A stretch of DNA of 32,230 nt from Acidobacteriota bacterium (GTDB lineage: Bacteria; Acidobacteriota; Thermoanaerobaculia; Multivoradales; SZUA-115), in contig QIHU01000241.1 of the NCBI GenBank assembly GCA_003231035.1, positions 1 through 32,230 of the forward strand, in the 5' to 3' direction. The translations under genes were made by a program, and so were the position numbers. This document shows, piece after piece, positions 9,595 through 19,300 of this stretch; within the stretch, counting starts at the first letter, position 1, and every line of letters begins with the position of its first letter. The notes below the pieces were generated by a model that saw only the letters and a list, made by a program, of their open reading frames with translations, made no database searches and had not been told where the DNA came from.

Positions 9595-12500
9595 GCGAGG
9601 CGATGAGCGATCATCGGTCCGAACTCGTGAATCTCACCCGTGACGAGAAGCTAGCGCTCCTCAGCCGGCTGAGCCGGCAGCGGCAGGCGTCGTCGTCGCT
9701 TCCTGACTTCTCAGGCGGTAACGAATCCTACCCATTGACCTTCTCGCAGGAACGGTTGCTCTTCCTTCATCACCTTGAGGGCGGAGTTAACGTGCACACT
9801 CAGTTTCGTGCCATGTGGCTCGACGGCCCCCTCGATCTGGCGGCGCTCGACGCTGCCTGGGTCGAGATCGTGACTCGCCACGAGGCCTTGCGGACCCGTT
9901 TCGAGGGCGGCGGGGAGGAGGCACGGCAGGTGGTCGCTCCCCCCCCCGAGACGGTGGTCGAGTTCGTCGACTTGGAAGAATTGCCGGCCGAACAGCTCCG
10001 GGCGGCGGCTCAAGAGTTGGCCGCCAGCAAGGCTCGTGAGCCCTTCGACCTGGAGGCTGGCCCCGTCCTGCGGGTCACCCTGGTTCGGATGGGGCGGGAG
10101 GAGCACGCGCTGATCGTCGGCCTTCACCACATCGTCTCCGACGGTTGGTCGCGCGGCCTCCTCCTGGCCGAGATGGCGGCGCTCTACGACGCATTCACCG
10201 GCGGAGGCCCCTCGCCGCTGCCTCCGGTGCGTGCGCAGTTGGGAGCCTTCGCCCGCTGGCAGCGCCGACGGATGAGCGGCGAGCGGCTCCAGGCCGAACT
10301 CGACTTCTGGTCGGCCCGCTTGCGGGGGGCGCCGCCGCGGCTAGAGCTGCCGACCGACCGACCCCGCCGCGGCCTGGTGACTCCACGGGGCGGGATCGAG
10401 AGCCTCGAATTGCCCGCTGAGGTGGCCGACGGTCTGCGCCGGTTGGCGCGCCGCGCCGGAGCGACTCCCTTCATGGCGATGCTGGCCCTCTACGACGCCT
10501 TCCTCTTTCGCTACAGCGGCAAGCGCGAGGTGGTCGTGGGGCTACCGGTGGCCAGCCGCGACCATACCGAGCTTGAGACGGCGATCGGCTGCTTCGCCAG
10601 CACTTTCGTGCAGCGTATTCAGGGCGCGGTCGACGGCTCGTTCAACGATCTATTGAACCGGGTCAAGGGCGAGATTTCCGCCGTCCTGCCGCACGCCGAG
10701 GTGCCTTTTGAGAAAGTGGTCGAAGCGGTCGCGCCCCAGCGCGACTTCTCGCACAATCCGGTCTTCCAAGTGATGTTCGCCCTCCAGGAGGTTGGCGAAG
10801 ATCGGTTTACTCTGGCCGGCTTGGAGGTCTCCTCGCTGGTGGTCGAACGGGCGATGGCCAATGTTGACTTGACCTTGGAGTTGGTTGACGCTGGCGGCCG
10901 CGGCGCCCTACGTGGCTTCTTCGACTACGCCCTCGATCTCTTCGACGCCACCACCATTCAGCGGATGGTCGGCCACCTCGGCAGGTTGGCCGAGTCGATC
11001 GTGGCGAGCCCCGATTCGCCCCTCTCCCGTTTGCCGATCCTCGCTCCCGAAGAGCGCCAAGAACTCCTCACCGGCTGGGCCGCACCGCCTTCCGGTGAGC
11101 TGTTGCCCCCGGTCCACCTGCGCTTCGCCGCGGGCGCGCAAGAATGGGGCGATGCGGTGGCGATGGTCGATGGCGATCGCCTGCTGAGCTATACCGAGCT
11201 CGACCGGCGGGCCAACCGGCTGGCTCGGCTGTTGCGCCAGCGCGGGGTGGGGGCGGACGTTCCGGTCGGGGTTTGCTTCGCCCGCTCGACCGAGTTGATG
11301 ATCTGTCTGCTGGCGGTGCTCAAGGCGGGGGGCGCCTATCTTCCCCTCGATCCGACCTATCCGCGCCAGCGGCTGGAACTGATGATCGAGGACTCTCAGA
11401 CCACCCTGGTACTGAGCGAAGGCGAAGCGGCCCGACGGCTTCCCAAAGCGAGCGTCGGCTCTAGCGCTCCCCAGTTGCTCCTCTTGGATCGCGGGCCATT
11501 CGGCATTCTGCACGAGGTCGAGGCGCGGAGTGCCGAGGCGCTGGAGCCCGTCTCTGGCCTAGACAATCTCGCCTACCTGATCTACACCTCCGGCTCGACC
11601 GGCAAGCCCAAGGCGGTGGCGGTGCCGCACCGCGGCCTCACCCACCACGCCTCCGCGCTGCGCGCTCGGCTGCGACTGGCCCCGGGCAAGCGGTTCCTGT
11701 ACAGCGCCTCGATCAGCTTCGATGTGGCGGCTGAGGAGATCTATCCCACCTGGCTCTCCGGCGCCACGCTAGAAATTCTGCCGCCGGGCCCCTTTCCCTC
11801 GCTGGCCGACTTGCAAGGTTTAATCGAGCAGCGGCGGCTCAACACGATCAATCTGCCCACCCCCTATTGGCACGAGTGGGTCTCCGAGTTGAAACGCACC
11901 CGCGCAACGGTGCCATCGAGTCTCGACTCCGTACTCGTTGGCACCGAGCAAGCCTCGGCCGAGCGGTTAATCGAGTGGCTCGAACTGGTGGGGGAGCGGC
12001 CGGCATGGATCAACGCCTACGGCCCCACCGAGGCGACGGTCAGCGCCACCACTTTCATTCCGCGCTCGGCCGACGCCGAGGGGATGACCCGGGTGCCCAT
12101 CGGTCAACCGATCGAGGGGGCGCGGGCCTACATCCTGGACCCCCATTTCGAACCGCTGCCGATCGGTCTTCCCGGCGAGCTCTTCCTGGCCGGTCCGGGA
12201 GTGGTGCGCGGCTACCTGCGGCGGCCGGCCTTGACCGCCGCCGCCTTCGTTCCGAACCCGTTCGCCGAGCTCGCCGGTCAACGGCTGTACGCCACCGGCG
12301 ACCGCGCCCGATATCGCCTAGGGGGCAACATCGAGTTCCTCGGCCGGGGCGACGATCAGGTCAAGATCCGCGGCTTCCGAATCGAGCTGGGCGAGATTAG
12401 CGAAGGGCTGCGCAGCCATCCCAACGTTGCCGACTGCGCCGTGCTGGTTGCAACCCAAGCGGGCGGTGGGCGGTTGATCGCCTACGTGGTGGTCGATCCG

Positions 12501-15500
12501 ACCGACCCTACCTCCGGCGCTGAGTTGACTTCCCATCTGGCCGCCCGCCTGCCGGCCTACATGGTGCCGGAGATCCGCGTGGTGGCCGATCTACCGCTGA
12601 CCAGCGCTGGCAAGGTCGACCGCTTGAAACTGGCGACGATGGCAGCGCGGCGCGAAGAGGCTGAGGCCGAGACGGTGGCCCCCAGCGGTCCACTGGAAGA
12701 GGCGGTCGCCGCCATCTGGTGCGAAGTCTTGGCGACGGAGGAGGTCGGGGCGGATGACGACTTCTTCGAGATCGGCGGCCACTCTCTGCTCGCCACTCGG
12801 ATCATCGCCCGGCTCAAACAGGTGCTCGATGTCGAGATCGGCCTCCCCGCCTTCTTCGAGGCGCGCACCGTGGTGGCGCTGAGCGTGGCGGTGGCCCAGG
12901 CGCGCACCGCGGGCAAGAACTCGTCGCCACCCATCGTGCCGGTGCCCCGTGAAGGGGGCGTGGTCTGCTCCTTCGCCCAGCAGCGGCAGTGGTTCTTGCA
13001 TCAACTCTTGCCCGACAACGTCGCCAACAATATTCCGCAATTGCTCGCCTTTCGCGGCGCCCTCCAGGTGGCCGCCTTGCAGCGCTCGCTGGCCGGCCTG
13101 GTGCGCCGCCACGAGGTCCTGCGCACCACCTTCGCGATGGTCGAGGAAGGGACCAACGCCGGCCAACCGATGCAGTTCGTGGCGCCGCCCGAGCGGGCCG
13201 CCACGGTGGCCTTACCGGTGGTCGATCTTTCGCGGATCAGCGACCGGCTGGGGCTTGCGCAAGGGGAGGCGGTGGCGCAGCGCCTCGCCACCGTGGAGTC
13301 GTTGCGTCCCTTCAATTTGGCGACCGGACCACTCCTGCGGGCCCATCTCCTACGGCTGAGTGGCGATTATCAGCTCCTCTATTTCTGCACCCACCATATC
13401 GTCTCGGACGGCGTCTCGATCGGTCTCACCTTGCGCGACTGGGTGACCCTCTACGCCGCCGAGGTGAGCGGGAGGCCGGCGCGGTTGCCCGAGTTACCGA
13501 TCCACTACGCCGACTACGCTGCCTGGCAGCGCACTTGGCTTGAGGGGGAGGCTCTCGAAGAGCAGCTGGACTACTGGCGCGCCGCCCTCGACGGTGCGCC
13601 GGGGGCACTCGACCTACCGCTCGACCGCCCGCGGCCGGCGGTCGAAGAGGCACGCGGCAAGCGCCACTACCTGCGCCTAGGCGAGGAAGATTCCGCGGCG
13701 CTCGCCGCGCTGGGCCGGCGCCACGGCGCCACCTCGTTCATGACCCTCGCCGCTTTTTTCAACGTTCTCCTTTCGCGCTGGTCGGGAGCGCGCGATGTGG
13801 TGATCGGCTGGCCGATCGGCGGTCGCAACTCGGCCGAGGTGGAGAATCTCGTCGGCTTCCTGGCCAACATCTTGGTGATGCGCACCGACCTCAGCGGTTC
13901 GCCCAGCTCCCTCGACGTGCTGAGCCGGGTCCGCAAGGGGGCTTTGGGTGCCTACGATCATCAGGAGCTGCCCTTCGAGCAGTTGGTCAAGGAACTCCAC
14001 CCCGAACGGGACCTGTCGCGCCACCCGATCTTTCAGTCTTTCTTCGTCCTGCACCACCCGGCGGGCCAGTTACCCGAGGTGGAGGGGGTCGAAGTGACCG
14101 TGCCGAGCTTCGACAACGGCACCTCGCGACTCGATCTGCTCCTCTCCTTGATGCACACGCAGGGCGGACTGCATGGATTCTTCGAGTTCAACAGCGACCT
14201 TTTCGACGCCACCACGATCGACCGCCTGAGCCGTCAGTTCAAGACTCTCGTCGCCGCCGCCGTGGCCACACCGCGGCGGCCGGTCGAGGAGCTACCCTTG
14301 CTCGACGCGGCGGCGCGCCATCAGTTGGTTCGCGGCTGGAACGACTCGGTGGTTCCCCTCGTCGCCGAGGCCACCGAGTTCACGGTGCCGATCCATCGTT
14401 TGGTGGAGCAACGGGCGGCGGCGACACCCCTGCGCGAAGCGGTCCGCTTTCACAACCAGAGCCTGACCTACGCCGAACTCGACGCGCGGGCGAACAGGTG
14501 GGCCCACTCTCTGCTGGAACACGAGGTCATGGGCAGGCCGGTGGCGGTGGCGCTCGAACGCTCGCTGGAACTGGTGGTCGCCTTGCTCGCGGTGCTCAAG
14601 GCGGGGGGTGCCTACCTGCCGCTCGATCCCGCCTTCCCATCTGCGAGGCTGGACTACATGGTGCGCGATTCGGGAGCGCGGACGTTGCTCACCGAGCCGG
14701 GGTTGCGCCACCTCTTCTTGGCCGCCGAAGAGGAAGCCGAGCGGGAGGGCAAGCCGCTGAGGGTGATCGAGGTCGAGCCCGGCTACGAGGGCCTCCCCGA
14801 ACCTCTCGCCGAAGTGGAGTTGCCCGAGGTCGACCCCGCTCAGCTCGCCTATCTGATCTACACCTCGGGCTCGACGGGGCTACCCAAAGGGGTGGAGGTT
14901 CCCCACGCCGCGGTGGTCAACCTGCTGACCTCGATGGCCGCCGCGCCAGGGCTCGACGCCAACGACACCCTGTTGGCCATCACCACTGTCGCCTTCGATA
15001 TTCACGCCCTCGAGATCTGGCTGCCGCTCATCCGTGGAGCGCGCATCCAGCTGGCCGATGGCGAGAGCGCGGCCGACGGTGTTCTGCTGCGGCGTCTGCT
15101 AGAAGACTCGGAAGCTAACGTCATGCAGGCGACCCCGGCCACCTGGCGAGCCCTCCTGGCCGCCGGCTGGACGGGCGGGCGCGGCTTGCGCGCACTGTGC
15201 GGCGGCGAGGCGTTGGCGGCCGATCTGGCACTCCAAGTCGGCGAGCGGGTGGGCAGTTTGGTCAACGTCTACGGCCCCACGGAGACCACCGTGTGGTCGG
15301 CGTTGGAGTTCGTCCAACCTCCCGGCGCCGCCTCCCACCGGGCCGAAAGCTCCACCTTCAGCGCTACCCCCTCGATCGGTCGACCGATCGGCAACACGCA
15401 GTTATACGTGGTCGACGAGAGGCTGGAGCCGGTCCCGGTGGGGGTGATCGGAGAGCTGTTGATCGGCGGTGACGGCGTGGTGCGGGGGTACCACGCGCGA

Positions 15501-16313
15501 CCGGCGCTCACCGCCACCAGCTTCATTCCCGATTCGCTAGCCTCGCCACCCAACGGCCATCCCCCGGGTGACACCGCCCGTGGCGCCCGTCTTTATCGCA
15601 CCGGCGACCTGTGCCGCCGCCTCGCCGATGGGCGCTTGCTCTTCGTGGGCAGGCGCGACAGCCAAGTCAAGGTACGCGGCTTCCGCATCGAGCTGGGGGA
15701 GGTCGAGGCGGCGGTGGAGCATCATCCTGGGGTCGCGGCCGCGGTCGCGGCGGTCCACCGGAGCGAGGCCGACGGTGAGGCTCAGTTGGTGGCCTACTTC
15801 GTGGCCCGGCCGCAAGCACCCGGTGGCGCGCCCCGGGTGGGCGCCTTGCGCGCCGCCCTGCGCGAGCAACTGCCCGACTACATGATTCCCTCGCTCTTCA
15901 TCCTGCTAGAAGAGCTACCCCTAACCCCCAACGGCAAGGTGGATCGCAAGAATCTGCCGAACCCGGAATTGGAACGTTCCACCCTTGGGACGGCCTACGA
16001 GCCACCCCGAGGCGAAGTTGAGGAGGCGGTGGCCGCGATGTGGCGAGAAGTGCTGCGGCTGGACCAAGTGGGCCGTCACGACCGTTTCTTCGATATCGGT
16101 GGCCACTCCTTGATGGCGATGCAGATCCTCTCCCGGGTCACCCGGCGTTTCGGGGTCGAGCTGCCGCTGCGGGCGGTGTTCGAGAAGCTGACGGTCGCCG
16201 CTCTTTCCGAGTTGATCGTGACCACCGAATTTGCCGACACCGACGAAGAGCTGCTGAGCGAACTGATGAAGGAACTCGACGATGGGTCCACACAAGGAGA
16301 GCTCGATGGCTGA
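9591..16313 (+). CDS. Bimodular NRPS: C-A(basic, Arg/Lys-like)-T-C-A(Gly)-T
   Basis: 2240-aa ORF whose start overlaps the upstream stop (ATGA). C motifs HHIVSDGWS and HHIVSDGVS with LCL-type LELPTDRPR / LDLPLDRPR. Two A domains with A3, A5, A7, A8 and A10 motifs; two T domains IGGHSL. Confidence 0.96.
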   Translation: MSEAMSDHRSELVNLTRDEKLALLSRLSRQRQASSSLPDFSGGNESYPLTFSQERLLFLHHLEGGVNVHTQFRAMWLDGPLDLAALDAAWVEIVTRHEALRTRFEGGGEEARQVVAPPPETVVEFVDLEELPAEQLRAAAQELAASKAREPFDLEAGPVLRVTLVRMGREEHALIVGLHHIVSDGWSRGLLLAEMAALYDAFTGGGPSPLPPVRAQLGAFARWQRRRMSGERLQAELDFWSARLRGAPPRLELPTDRPRRGLVTPRGGIESLELPAEVADGLRRLARRAGATPFMAMLALYDAFLFRYSGKREVVVGLPVASRDHTELETAIGCFASTFVQRIQGAVDGSFNDLLNRVKGEISAVLPHAEVPFEKVVEAVAPQRDFSHNPVFQVMFALQEVGEDRFTLAGLEVSSLVVERAMANVDLTLELVDAGGRGALRGFFDYALDLFDATTIQRMVGHLGRLAESIVASPDSPLSRLPILAPEERQELLTGWAAPPSGELLPPVHLRFAAGAQEWGDAVAMVDGDRLLSYTELDRRANRLARLLRQRGVGADVPVGVCFARSTELMICLLAVLKAGGAYLPLDPTYPRQRLELMIEDSQTTLVLSEGEAARRLPKASVGSSAPQLLLLDRGPFGILHEVEARSAEALEPVSGLDNLAYLIYTSGSTGKPKAVAVPHRGLTHHASALRARLRLAPGKRFLYSASISFDVAAEEIYPTWLSGATLEILPPGPFPSLADLQGLIEQRRLNTINLPTPYWHEWVSELKRTRATVPSSLDSVLVGTEQASAERLIEWLELVGERPAWINAYGPTEATVSATTFIPRSADAEGMTRVPIGQPIEGARAYILDPHFEPLPIGLPGELFLAGPGVVRGYLRRPALTAAAFVPNPFAELAGQRLYATGDRARYRLGGNIEFLGRGDDQVKIRGFRIELGEISEGLRSHPNVADCAVLVATQAGGGRLIAYVVVDPTDPTSGAELTSHLAARLPAYMVPEIRVVADLPLTSAGKVDRLKLATMAARREEAEAETVAPSGPLEEAVAAIWCEVLATEEVGADDDFFEIGGHSLLATRIIARLKQVLDVEIGLPAFFEARTVVALSVAVAQARTAGKNSSPPIVPVPREGGVVCSFAQQRQWFLHQLLPDNVANNIPQLLAFRGALQVAALQRSLAGLVRRHEVLRTTFAMVEEGTNAGQPMQFVAPPERAATVALPVVDLSRISDRLGLAQGEAVAQRLATVESLRPFNLATGPLLRAHLLRLSGDYQLLYFCTHHIVSDGVSIGLTLRDWVTLYAAEVSGRPARLPELPIHYADYAAWQRTWLEGEALEEQLDYWRAALDGAPGALDLPLDRPRPAVEEARGKRHYLRLGEEDSAALAALGRRHGATSFMTLAAFFNVLLSRWSGARDVVIGWPIGGRNSAEVENLVGFLANILVMRTDLSGSPSSLDVLSRVRKGALGAYDHQELPFEQLVKELHPERDLSRHPIFQSFFVLHHPAGQLPEVEGVEVTVPSFDNGTSRLDLLLSLMHTQGGLHGFFEFNSDLFDATTIDRLSRQFKTLVAAAVATPRRPVEELPLLDAAARHQLVRGWNDSVVPLVAEATEFTVPIHRLVEQRAAATPLREAVRFHNQSLTYAELDARANRWAHSLLEHEVMGRPVAVALERSLELVVALLAVLKAGGAYLPLDPAFPSARLDYMVRDSGARTLLTEPGLRHLFLAAEEEAEREGKPLRVIEVEPGYEGLPEPLAEVELPEVDPAQLAYLIYTSGSTGLPKGVEVPHAAVVNLLTSMAAAPGLDANDTLLAITTVAFDIHALEIWLPLIRGARIQLADGESAADGVLLRRLLEDSEANVMQATPATWRALLAAGWTGGRGLRALCGGEALAADLALQVGERVGSLVNVYGPTETTVWSALEFVQPPGAASHRAESSTFSATPSIGRPIGNTQLYVVDERLEPVPVGVIGELLIGGDGVVRGYHARPALTATSFIPDSLASPPNGHPPGDTARGARLYRTGDLCRRLADGRLLFVGRRDSQVKVRGFRIELGEVEAAVEHHPGVAAAVAAVHRSEADGEAQLVAYFVARPQAPGGAPRVGALRAALREQLPDYMIPSLFILLEELPLTPNGKVDRKNLPNPELERSTLGTAYEPPRGEVEEAVAAMWREVLRLDQVGRHDRFFDIGGHSLMAMQILSRVTRRFGVELPLRAVFEKLTVAALSELIVTTEFADTDEELLSELMKELDDGSTQGELDG

Positions 16314-19300
16314 GCCCGAGATTGCCCGACGTATTGCCGACCTGCCTCCCGAAGAACGGGCGAAGCTTTTCGAGAAGGTGCTCCTGCGCCGAAAACCTCG
16401 ATCCGAGACACCTTCGCGACCGCCGCTCCTGCGCCACAGTCGCGACGACTTCAGCTTTCTCTTGTCCTTTGCCCAACAGCGGCTCTGGTTCCTCAATCTC
16501 TACGAACCGGACAGCCCCGAGTACAACGTGCCGCAGACTTTCCGCATCGAGGGAGTTCTCGACCCCGAGTTGCTGGAGGGTTCGCTCAACGGGGTGGTCT
16601 CGCGGCACGAAAGTCTGCGCACCACCTTCGTCTCCCAAGAGGGGACGCCGTACCAAAGGGTGGCACCCGCGATGCGGGTGGCGCTGCCTTGCCTCGATCT
16701 AACCCACCAGCCCGAGGAGGAGGCGTGGGAGGTGGCCATGGAGGGCTGCCGGGAGGACGCGGCTCAGCCCTTCGATCTAGCGGCCGGTCCGCTCCTGCGC
16801 GGCCGGCTCTATCGGGTGGCCGAGGAGGGCTGGGTGCTTTACTTGAACGTGCATCACATCGCCAACGACCAGTGGTCGATGGGGGTCTTGGCGCGCGAGC
16901 TGGCCGAGTTCTACGCCGCCGGTGCCGAGAAACGCGCGCCCGATCTTCCCGAACTACCGGTGCAGTATCTCGACTACGGCCTGTGGCAACGCGAATGGCT
17001 CTCCGGCGAAGAGCTGGAGCGCCAGGTCGATTTTTGGCGCCGCCGTTTGGGTTCCGTGCCACCGCTCGACCTGCCCACCGACCGCCCCCGGCCGGCGGTT
17101 CGAACCTTCGCGGGAAATACCTTGCCCTTGGCGCTGGCGCCGGGGCTGGGTTCGCAGCTGGGAAAACTCGCCGCGGCCGAGTCGGCGACCCTCTTCATGG
17201 TCCTGTCGGCGGCCTTCAAAGCGCTCCTTCACCACTACACGGCGCAAGAGGATTTCGCCGTGGGGACGCTGATCGCCAACCGCCGTTTGCCTCAGGTGGA
17301 AGACTTGATTGGCTTCTTCGCCAACACCCTGGTGCTGCGCACCGACCTAGCGGGCGATCCGCCCTTTAGCCAGCTCATCGAACGCGAGCGGGAGGTGGCG
17401 CTCGATGCTTTCGCCCACCAAGACTTGCCCTTCGAGAAGTTGATCGACGAGCTCAACCCGCCGCGCGACACCTCGCGCACGCCGTTGTGCCAGGCGATGC
17501 TGATTCTGCTCAACGCACCCGGCGAGCCCCTCCACCTTCCCGGCGCCGAGCTGGCCCCCGTGGCGCTCGACAACCGCACTTCCAAGATGGAGATGACCCT
17601 CTATCTGGCGGGTGAGGGCGATGGGTTGGGTGGCTACCTCGAATACAACCGCGATCTCTTCGATCGCGCCACGATCGAGCGCTTCCTAGGCCATTTCCAC
17701 ACCCTGCTCGAAAGCTGCGTCGCCGATCCGAATCTGCCCCTGTCGCGGGTCCCGCTCCTCGCCGAGGAGGAACGCCGCCACTTATTGTTCGACCTCAACG
17801 ACACCACCACTCCCGCGCCCACCGCGCCGCTCCACCACCTGCTAGCGGCGCGTTGCGCGGCATCGCCGGAGGCGACGGCGGTGGAAGTGGCGGGTGAGAA
17901 GCTGACCTACGGCGATCTGGAGCGGCGCTCCAACCGGCTGGCGCGCTACCTGGCGAGGCGCGGGGTCGGCCCGGAGGTGCTGGTGGGCCTCTGTGTCGAG
18001 CGCTCCCTCGACATGGTGGTGGCACTGCTCGCGGTGCTCAAGGCGGGTGGGGGCTACGTGCCGCTCGATCCCGAGTATCCGGCCTCGCGGTTGGAACGGA
18101 TGCTGGGGGACTCGCGGGCGCCGGTGGTGGTGACCCAGACGGCCTTGATCGAGAAACTTCCACCGAACACAGCGACGATCGTCACTCTTGACAAGGATGG
18201 CGATGGCGCCGCGATCGCGGCGGAAAGCGCCGAGCCCTTCGACGGCGGCGCGAGCCTTTCGAGTTTGGCCTACGTGATCTACACCTCTGGCTCCACCGGA
18301 ACCCCCAAGGGGGTGCAGATCTCGCATTTGGCGCTGGTCAATTTTCTGCGCTCGATGGAGCGCAGCCCTGGATTTACCGCCGCCGACAGCCTGCTGGGGG
18401 TGACCACGCTCTCCTTCGATATCGCCGGGTTGGAACTCTACCTACCGCTCCTCGCCGGAGGCCGCCTGGTGCTCGCCGCTCGCGACGAGGCGCAGGCCGG
18501 CGAGCGGCTAGTCGAACTCCTCGACCGGTCCGAGATCACCGTGATGCAGGCCACCCCGGCGACCTGGCGTCTGTTGCTGGGCGCCGGCTGGTCCGGCGAT
18601 CCGAACTTGAAGGTACTGTGCGGCGGTGAGGCACTGCCCGAAGATCTAGCGGCGGAGTTGGTCGCCAAGGCCGGCGAGGTGTGGAATGTCTACGGGCCGA
18701 CCGAGGCGACCATCTGGTCGACCCTCGACCGGCTGGAGCCGGTGGGTAAGGTCTCTATCGGTCTGCCGCTCGACAACACGCAGGTTCACTTGCTGGCGCC
18801 GGGCTCGCTGCTTCCGGTGCCGCTGGGAGTGCCCGGTGAGCTGCTGATCGGCGGTCTAGGGCTGGCTCGCGGTTACCGGGGACTGCCGGCGATGACCGCG
18901 GACCGGTTCGTTCCCGACCCGCACTCGGAGGTTGCCGGCGCCCGCTTGTACCGCACCGGCGACCTCGCCCGTCGCTTTCCTGACGGCCGCTTGGAGTGCT
19001 TGGGCCGGATCGACCACCAGGTCAAGGTGCGCGGCTTCCGCATCGAGTTGGGCGAAATCGAGGTGGCTCTGGCGAGCCACGATGGCGTCGCCCAGACGGT
19101 GGTGCTGGCCCGTGAGGATACGCCGGGCAGCAAACGGCTGGTCGCCTACTGGACCGGCACGGCCGGCTCCCAGCCTCCGTCGACGGCCGACCTCAAGAAC
19201 TGGATCCAGCAGAGTCTGCCCGACTACATGGTGCCCGCCTTCTTCGTCCCCCTCGACGAGCTGCCGCTCACCCCCAACGGCAAGACCGATCGGCTAGCCC

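Noticed and set aside
9939-9947. C9 homopolymer in the third NRPS as a phase-variation tract
   Set aside because: The frame is intact (Pro-Pro-Pro), the tract is short, and such runs are expected at this GC content.
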